Below, piece by piece: positions 26,655-32,000 of a stretch of DNA of 32,000 nt; positions within the stretch are counted from its first letter, which is position 1; the number at the start of each line of letters is the position of its first letter. Source of the DNA: Candidatus Saccharimonadota bacterium (GTDB lineage: Bacteria; Pseudomonadota; Alphaproteobacteria; Rickettsiales; Anaplasmataceae); assembly GCF_025021925.1 (NCBI RefSeq), contig NZ_CP092368.1, positions 450,001 through 482,000 on the forward strand. Direction: 5' to 3'. The position numbers and the translations under genes were made by a program. Below the pieces are notes generated by a model that was not told the DNA's origin, did no database searches, and saw only the letters and a list, made by a program, of their open reading frames with translations.

Positions 26655-29366
26655 ATGCAAGATCATCTAGTACCAATATCAATCGTTAAGGACCTGAAAG
26701 AATCTTATCTTTCATATGCAATGAGTGTGATTGTCAGTCGAGCTATACCTGATGTCCGAGATGGCCTGAAACCTGTACATAGAAGAATTTTATATGCAAT
26801 GTCACGAGCAGGTTATGATCATGATAAACCATATAAAAAATCAGCTCGTATTGTTGGAGATGTAATGGGTAAATTTCACCCACATGGTGATGCAGCAATT
26901 TATGATTCTTTAGTACGTATGGCGCAAACTTTTTCTCTACTAGTACCACTGATTGATGGCCAAGGAAATTTCGGGTCAATAGATGGAGATCCTCCAGCAT
27001 CAATGCGATATACAGAAGTTAGACTTGAAAGAGTATCACATTTCTTATTAAAAAATATCGATGAAAATCTTGTTGATTTTAGATTAAATTATGATGGACA
27101 TGAAACTGAACCAGTTGTATTACCTGCACAATTTCCAAATGTGTTAGTAAATGGTGCAAGCGGTGTTGCGGTTGGTATGGCAACCAATATCCCTTCTCAC
27201 AATCTAGGAGAAGTTATTGATGCTTGCATTACATATATAGACAATCCTGAAGTTACTTTAGATCAATTACTGAATATCATACCAGGACCTGATTTTCCAA
27301 CAGGAGGTGTGATACTTGGAAGATCAGGTATCAAATCAGCATTTGCAACAGGGCGAGGGACAATTACTATACAAGGTAAGACACATTTAGAAGATGTTTC
27401 ACAAGAGAGAAAGGCAATAGTCATTGATGAAATTCCATATCAAGTCAATAAAGTGATGTTAATAGAAAAAATCAGTGATTTAGTAAAAGACAAAAGAATT
27501 GAAGGTATAACAAGCATAAGAGATGAATCTGACAGACATGGAATTCGTATAGTCATTGATATAAAAAAGGATGCTGCATCAGATTTTATTTTAAATCAAA
27601 TTCTATGCCTTTCTCCACTGAGAAGTAATTTTAGTATTAATACTTTAGTCTTGAAGAACAGTAAACCTACTATAATGACATTAAAAGAGATTTTATGCAC
27701 CTTTGTTGCGTTTAGAAAAGAAATTCTGGTACGTAAAACAGAATTTCGTCTCAGAAAAACAAGAGAAAAAGCTCATTTATATATAGGGCTATATATTGCA
27801 ATCTTAAGCATAGATGAAGTAATTCACATCTTCTCCACTTCTAAAGATCCTTTAGCAGCAAGTATTGAGCTCTTAAATAAAGAATGGCAAACTTCAGATG
27901 AAATCAAAAAGATAATTGAATTAATTTCAGATAGTACGAATTTATTAAAAGATGGGATATATAGATTAACTGAATTACAAATTAAAGCTATTCTTGATAT
28001 TAAATTACAACGTTTAACAGGCTTAGAAAAAGGTAAATTAGAAAGTGATCTATATGCAATGGTAAACTTAATAAAAGAATATATCACTTTTTTAAATTCA
28101 GAGACTCAATTAATGAATGCAATTAAAGTCAATCTACAGGACATCAAAAGTAAATTTGCTATATCACGAAAAACTGCTATTTCTGATTTAGATATAGATA
28201 TTGATGCTGAAGATTTGATTCCACAAGAAGAGATGGTAATTACTGTAACAATGAATGGTTATATTAAACGTGTAAAACTCTCGCATTATAGAACACAGCG
28301 TCGTGGAGGTAAAGGAAAATTGGGACAAGGATTAAAAAAAGAAGATGTCATTATCAAACTATTTGTTGGCAATACTCATACTTCTTTTTTATTCTTTTCA
28401 AATATTGGCAAAGTATATCGATTAAAAGTATATAAATTACCTCTTGCAGAGCCTACTGCAAGAGGAAGAGCTCTTGTAAATATCTTTCCTCTTTGTGAAG
28501 GTGAAGCAATCACTAATATTATGCCATTACCATATTTAAATGATAAAAAACAAAATATTATGTTTGCAACTGCACATGGGAATGTGAGACGTAATGCTTT
28601 AGAAGATTTTCAATATATTCCAATTAATGGAAAAATTGCAATTAAACTAGCTAGTCATGATCAGTTAATTTCAGTGAAAGTGTGTGATGCAGAAAATCAC
28701 ATTATCCTGTCAACTAGATATGGAAAAAGTATAAGATTTATTGCTAGAGATGTACGTAAATTTAAAAGTCGCAGTTCAGATGGTGTGAGAGGAATAAAAC
28801 TTGCAGAAAATGATAGTGTGATTTCTATGAGTGTGCTAAATGACGGCATTAATGTTTCTACTGAAATAAAGCATAGGTATTTAGAAGTAAAACTGTTAAA
28901 AAGACTTGAAGTAGCAAGTTCTAAATTAATAGATCTAAAATTAGAAAAAGTGTTAGAAAATCTCACAATAGATAAAGAATTATTTATACAGTTGGTGCTC
29001 AATGAAGAATTCCTATTGACTATTACTGAAAATGGTTTTGGTAAGAGAACTTCTTCATATGAGTATAGGATTACTAATAGAGGAGGAGTAGGTATTACAA
29101 ATATTCTCACTACAAAGAGAAATGGAGGTGTAATTGCTAGTTTTCCTGTAGCACAAAATGATAATGTGATTCTTATTACAGATAAAGGAAAATTGATTCG
29201 TATTTCAGTATATGATATAAGAATTGCGGGACGTAGTACGCAAGGAGTGACTTTATTTAAGACAGAGAATAAAGAAAAAGTTGTATCAGTAGCAAAAGTA
29301 GAAGATTCTGATTGTAATGATCATGATATAAAAATTGTAGATATCATGCATATCAATCAGGAGTGA
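26655..29366 (+). CDS. gyrA: DNA gyrase subunit A
   Basis: 903 aa. The QRDR reads [17 protein letters not shown], the active-site Tyr lies in SMRYTEVRL, and a GyrA-box QRRGGKG is present in the C-terminal beta-pinwheel domain. Confidence 0.97.
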   Translation: MQDHLVPISIVKDLKESYLSYAMSVIVSRAIPDVRDGLKPVHRRILYAMSRAGYDHDKPYKKSARIVGDVMGKFHPHGDAAIYDSLVRMAQTFSLLVPLIDGQGNFGSIDGDPPASMRYTEVRLERVSHFLLKNIDENLVDFRLNYDGHETEPVVLPAQFPNVLVNGASGVAVGMATNIPSHNLGEVIDACITYIDNPEVTLDQLLNIIPGPDFPTGGVILGRSGIKSAFATGRGTITIQGKTHLEDVSQERKAIVIDEIPYQVNKVMLIEKISDLVKDKRIEGITSIRDESDRHGIRIVIDIKKDAASDFILNQILCLSPLRSNFSINTLVLKNSKPTIMTLKEILCTFVAFRKEILVRKTEFRLRKTREKAHLYIGLYIAILSIDEVIHIFSTSKDPLAASIELLNKEWQTSDEIKKIIELISDSTNLLKDGIYRLTELQIKAILDIKLQRLTGLEKGKLESDLYAMVNLIKEYITFLNSETQLMNAIKVNLQDIKSKFAISRKTAISDLDIDIDAEDLIPQEEMVITVTMNGYIKRVKLSHYRTQRRGGKGKLGQGLKKEDVIIKLFVGNTHTSFLFFSNIGKVYRLKVYKLPLAEPTARGRALVNIFPLCEGEAITNIMPLPYLNDKKQNIMFATAHGNVRRNALEDFQYIPINGKIAIKLASHDQLISVKVCDAENHIILSTRYGKSIRFIARDVRKFKSRSSDGVRGIKLAENDSVISMSVLNDGINVSTEIKHRYLEVKLLKRLEVASSKLIDLKLEKVLENLTIDKELFIQLVLNEEFLLTITENGFGKRTSSYEYRITNRGGVGITNILTTKRNGGVIASFPVAQNDNVILITDKGKLIRISVYDIRIAGRSTQGVTLFKTENKEKVVSVAKVEDSDCNDHDIKIVDIMHINQE

Positions 29367-29455
29367 ATACTCTAGAAAATAGATGAAGAAGTTTTTATTG
29401 ATTAATCTATAATAGTATTTACATTAAAATATATTATTACAGATGAGGTATTGCA

Positions 29456-30046
29456 ATGGACAAAAAATTAACTGATAATAATAGATCATGTATAAATGAC
29501 TCGCAAAGAGAAAATATACTACCTAAAGATAATAGTAAACGAGATTTTATCAAATTAACTACTTGCGCTATGGCAAGTATAGGAGCTATAAGCAGCCTTT
29601 GGCCATTAGTTAAATCTATGAATCCTTCTGCTGAAATTTTAGCAGCATCTATAATAGAAGTAAATATTTCTGATATACAACAAGGACATGAGATAAAAGT
29701 AAAATGGCAAGGCAAACCAGTATTCATTCGTAGACGTACAAAGCAAGAAATCGATACAGCACAAACTGTAAATCTCGATCTTTTAAGAGATCCACAACGA
29801 GATGAACATAGAGTATACAAGGGACGAGAGGAATGGTTAGTAATACTAGGAATATGTACACATCTTGGATGTATACCTATTTCACATACTACAAAAGTCG
29901 GTAATGGTTGGTTCTGTCCTTGTCATGGCTCCTATTATGATACTTCAGGTAGAGTCATTGGAGGACCTGCACCAAAAAATATGATAGTACCTGATTATTT
30001 TTTTTCAAGTGAAAGTACCGTGATCATTGGTAAAAATACTTATTAA
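29456..30046 (+). CDS. petA: Ubiquinol-cytochrome c reductase (bc1) Rieske iron-sulfur subunit
   Basis: 196 aa with the 2Fe-2S boxes CTHLGCIP and CPCHGSYYD. The N-terminal Tat-like signal anchor reads SKRDFIKLTTCAMASIGAI. A GAGG Shine-Dalgarno-like element lies about 8 nt upstream of the ATG. Confidence 0.92.
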   Translation: MDKKLTDNNRSCINDSQRENILPKDNSKRDFIKLTTCAMASIGAISSLWPLVKSMNPSAEILAASIIEVNISDIQQGHEIKVKWQGKPVFIRRRTKQEIDTAQTVNLDLLRDPQRDEHRVYKGREEWLVILGICTHLGCIPISHTTKVGNGWFCPCHGSYYDTSGRVIGGPAPKNMIVPDYFFSSESTVIIGKNTY

Positions 30047-30095
30047 AGATTCAATGACTGCTAATGACTACTAATGTTTTTCAATAAAATCCCTG

Positions 30096-30136
30096 AAAAA
30101 GGAATCTATGATTATATCTCTATATATTCCTTTTTT
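30096..30136. terminator. Bidirectional intrinsic-terminator-like hairpin between convergent petA and pyrB
   Basis: AAAAAGGAAT ... ATTCCTTTTT(T) is a perfect 10-bp inverted repeat. Partial inner pairing (TAT/ATA) shortens the 20-nt loop. The A-run on one side and T-run on the other give a U-tract on either strand. It lies about 50 nt after the petA stop and about 68 nt after the pyrB stop. Confidence 0.45.
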
Positions 30137-30203
30137 CTTGATACGTGTATTTAATTTTTACCTTATAAACAACAATTTTGAGAAGAATGTTTATTACTAC
30201 CTC

Positions 30204-31109
30204 CTATAACGATATGATATAATAATAATGTAATATTGCTTTACGTACTGCTATTCCGAATTGTACTTGCTGTAAAATAATACTATCATGTATCTCATGA
30301 CTTATTTCAATTCCTCTATTTACTGGTCCTGGATGCATAATCAGTACATCTGATTTTGCATATGATAACTTATATGAATCAAGTCCATATAAATAAAAAT
30401 ACTCTTTCTCAGATGGGAGATAATAAGAACTGTGTATACGTTCTTTCTGTAACCTTAATAACATTATCACATCCACATCCTGAATACCTTCAATCAAGGA
30501 ATAATATGTTGAATATTCCGTATAAGAATATCTATACATTAAAGTAGGAGGAGCAATTAATCGAATATCGACTCCAAACATTTTTAGCAGATTGATATTT
30601 GATCTGGCTACTCTACTATGTAAAATATCTCCACATATCACAACTTTGAGCTTTTCGAGTTGTTTTTTATATTTAGTAATTACACAGTAATCAATAAGTG
30701 CTTGAGTTGGATGCTCACTTCTTCCATCACCTGCATTAATCACTGAACATGATGTCACGTATTGAGATAATATACGCAACATACCACTATCTTGATGTCT
30801 AATGATCATATAGAGAGGATGCATTGCATCTAATGATGCAATCATATCTTTTAAATCTTCTCCTTTATTTAAAGAAGAAAATCTAATGGGAATATTGATA
30901 ACAATTGCTCCAAGACTTTGTGCTGCTATTTCAAAAGAAGTAAGTGTGCGAGTAGAATCCTCAAAAAATAAATTTATTATTATCTGATTTTTCAGTATAT
31001 CAGAAATAGTGAATTTATCAACTATATATTGATTAGCTAACTTAGTAATATGTTGTATATCATCGATTGTAAGATCCGAAATGCTTAATAAATGTCTTCT
31101 ATTATGCAT
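30204..31109 (-). CDS. pyrB: Aspartate carbamoyltransferase catalytic subunit
   Basis: 301 aa with motifs FFEDSTRT (carbamoyl-phosphate site), HPTQALID, CGDILHSRVARSN and HPGPVNRGIEI. Confidence 0.93.
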   Translation of the reverse strand: MHNRRHLLSISDLTIDDIQHITKLANQYIVDKFTISDILKNQIIINLFFEDSTRTLTSFEIAAQSLGAIVINIPIRFSSLNKGEDLKDMIASLDAMHPLYMIIRHQDSGMLRILSQYVTSCSVINAGDGRSEHPTQALIDYCVITKYKKQLEKLKVVICGDILHSRVARSNINLLKMFGVDIRLIAPPTLMYRYSYTEYSTYYSLIEGIQDVDVIMLLRLQKERIHSSYYLPSEKEYFYLYGLDSYKLSYAKSDVLIMHPGPVNRGIEISHEIHDSIILQQVQFGIAVRKAILHYYYIISL

Positions 31110-31250
31110 AATGATATATTTTATTATTAGATTAATATCATATAGTATAGTGGGAATAATTTCTTCTATTTTTATCTGTAGAATGCATAATGAATATATA
31201 TTCTATTAAAATCATAAATTCAAATAAAGTACTTTACTTGAGTCATATCT

Positions 31251-32000
31251 TCAAGTAGGTATTGATCTAATGCCCATACCATACTGTATAAATATTTTTT
31301 TTAAAAACTCTGAATTTTCTACAGCAATTAATCCAAATGTTCTGAGTACTCTAGCACACAGTGTGCTATTTGAAAACACTCGATTGATTCCATCTGTAAA
31401 TAATGCCATAATCATATTATCACATAATCTATCGCGTGAGATTTGATCTAATAAGTATTCACTTCCTATATCAATACCATAAACTTTTGCATCAGAAATG
31501 CGATATAGTAAACTTTCTATATCTCTTATTCCTAAATTAAGCCCCTGTCCTGCAAGAGGATGAATAGAATGCGCAGCATCACCTATCAACAATATTCTAC
31601 CATGATATAATTTTTTTGCAAAAGAAAAACTTAAAGGATATAATTGTCTCTCTCCATCTAGAGAAAGAGTTCCTACACAGGGATCAAATCTTTTTTTTAG
31701 TTCTAAAATAAATAATTCTTCAGAGAGCTCCATTAACATATCTGCAATTTCAGATTTTTCTGTCCATACTATAGAAGAAGAGTAGCCTCCTTTCATTGGT
31801 AACATTGCAAATGGTCCGCCAGATAAAAAGTGTTCTATAGCAATATTTTCATGATGTAGTATGTGATTCACAGTAAATACTATACTACTTTGTTTATAAA
31901 TAAATTGCATACTTGGTATATCATATAATGTCTGTAGTTTGGAATTCTTACCTTCAGCACAAATCATTAATGAAGAAATTAACTTAGAATGATTATCAAG
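31251..32000 (-). CDS. UbiH/UbiF/COQ6-family FAD-dependent ubiquinone-biosynthesis hydroxylase, C-terminal ~250 codons (N-terminus beyond the right edge)
   Basis: The motif LIGDAAHSIHPLAGQGLNLGIRD is the flavin monooxygenase GD/DG fingerprint. The frame stays open upstream of the track's first Met through to position 32000 (…LDNHSKLISSLMICAEGKNSKL, resembling the ADLLIGADGxxS motif), so the gene is truncated by the window. Confidence 0.85.
   Translation of the reverse strand, partial: LDNHSKLISSLMICAEGKNSKLQTLYDIPSMQFIYKQSSIVFTVNHILHHENIAIEHFLSGGPFAMLPMKGGYSSSIVWTEKSEIADMLMELSEELFILELKKRFDPCVGTLSLDGERQLYPLSFSFAKKLYHGRILLIGDAAHSIHPLAGQGLNLGIRDIESLLYRISDAKVYGIDIGSEYLLDQISRDRLCDNMIMALFTDGINRVFSNSTLCARVLRTFGLIAVENSEFLKKIFIQYGMGIRSIPT

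Noticed and set aside
30053-30076. 2.4 copies of a 10-nt tandem unit (AATGACTGCT AATGACTACT AATG) just after the petA stop
   Set aside because: It is too short and imperfect to call a repeat locus, and it may be a small slippage duplication. No function can be inferred.
1-32000. Search for an accessory or novel multi-gene system (mobile elements, integrases/transposases, CRISPR arrays, defence, toxin-antitoxin, secretion/effector or tandem-repeat surface protein genes)
   Set aside because: Every ORF of meaningful length has a clear housekeeping identity. The non-coding gaps are at most 533 bp, with no repeat arrays or terminal inverted repeats. No transposase or integrase motifs appear in any frame I read.

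Overview
This is an AT-rich window (roughly 70% A+T by eye, not computed) that is densely coding: about 88% when the called genes are summed. It carries core housekeeping genes of an obligate-intracellular-style alphaproteobacterium. Gene content points to Rickettsiales/Anaplasmataceae, most like Ehrlichia: MEP-pathway dxr, de novo pyrimidine pyrB, putA plus a giant NAD-GDH, orphan nuoF and petA, stand-alone tRNA-Ala(UGC), and GyrA with Ala at the Ser83 position. That placement is inference from motifs, not a database hit. I call 22 CDS (two truncated by the window edges) and 4 tRNAs (Asp-GUC, Lys-UUU, Ala-UGC, Val-UAC). I also call a few intrinsic-terminator-like hairpins and low-confidence promoters. 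Genes sit in alternating strand blocks and include the conserved rpsB-tsf-pyrH-frr operon. I found no mobile element, CRISPR array, defence, toxin-antitoxin or secretion/effector locus, and I do not see an undescribed multi-gene system. The observations most worth following are these. (1) putA is full length, but its P5C-dehydrogenase domain has both canonical ALDH catalytic residues replaced (Glu->Ser, Cys->Tyr) inside otherwise conserved motifs. (2) A CIRCE-like inverted repeat (GCACTC-N9-GAGTGC, 15/18 to consensus) sits in the frr-cdsA spacer, where uppS normally lies, followed by two more hairpins, the last one terminator-like. (3) GyrA has a QRDR of the naturally fluoroquinolone-insensitive type. 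(4) Pol I lacks all 3'-5' exonuclease carboxylates. All family calls rest on motifs recalled from memory. No alignments or searches were run.
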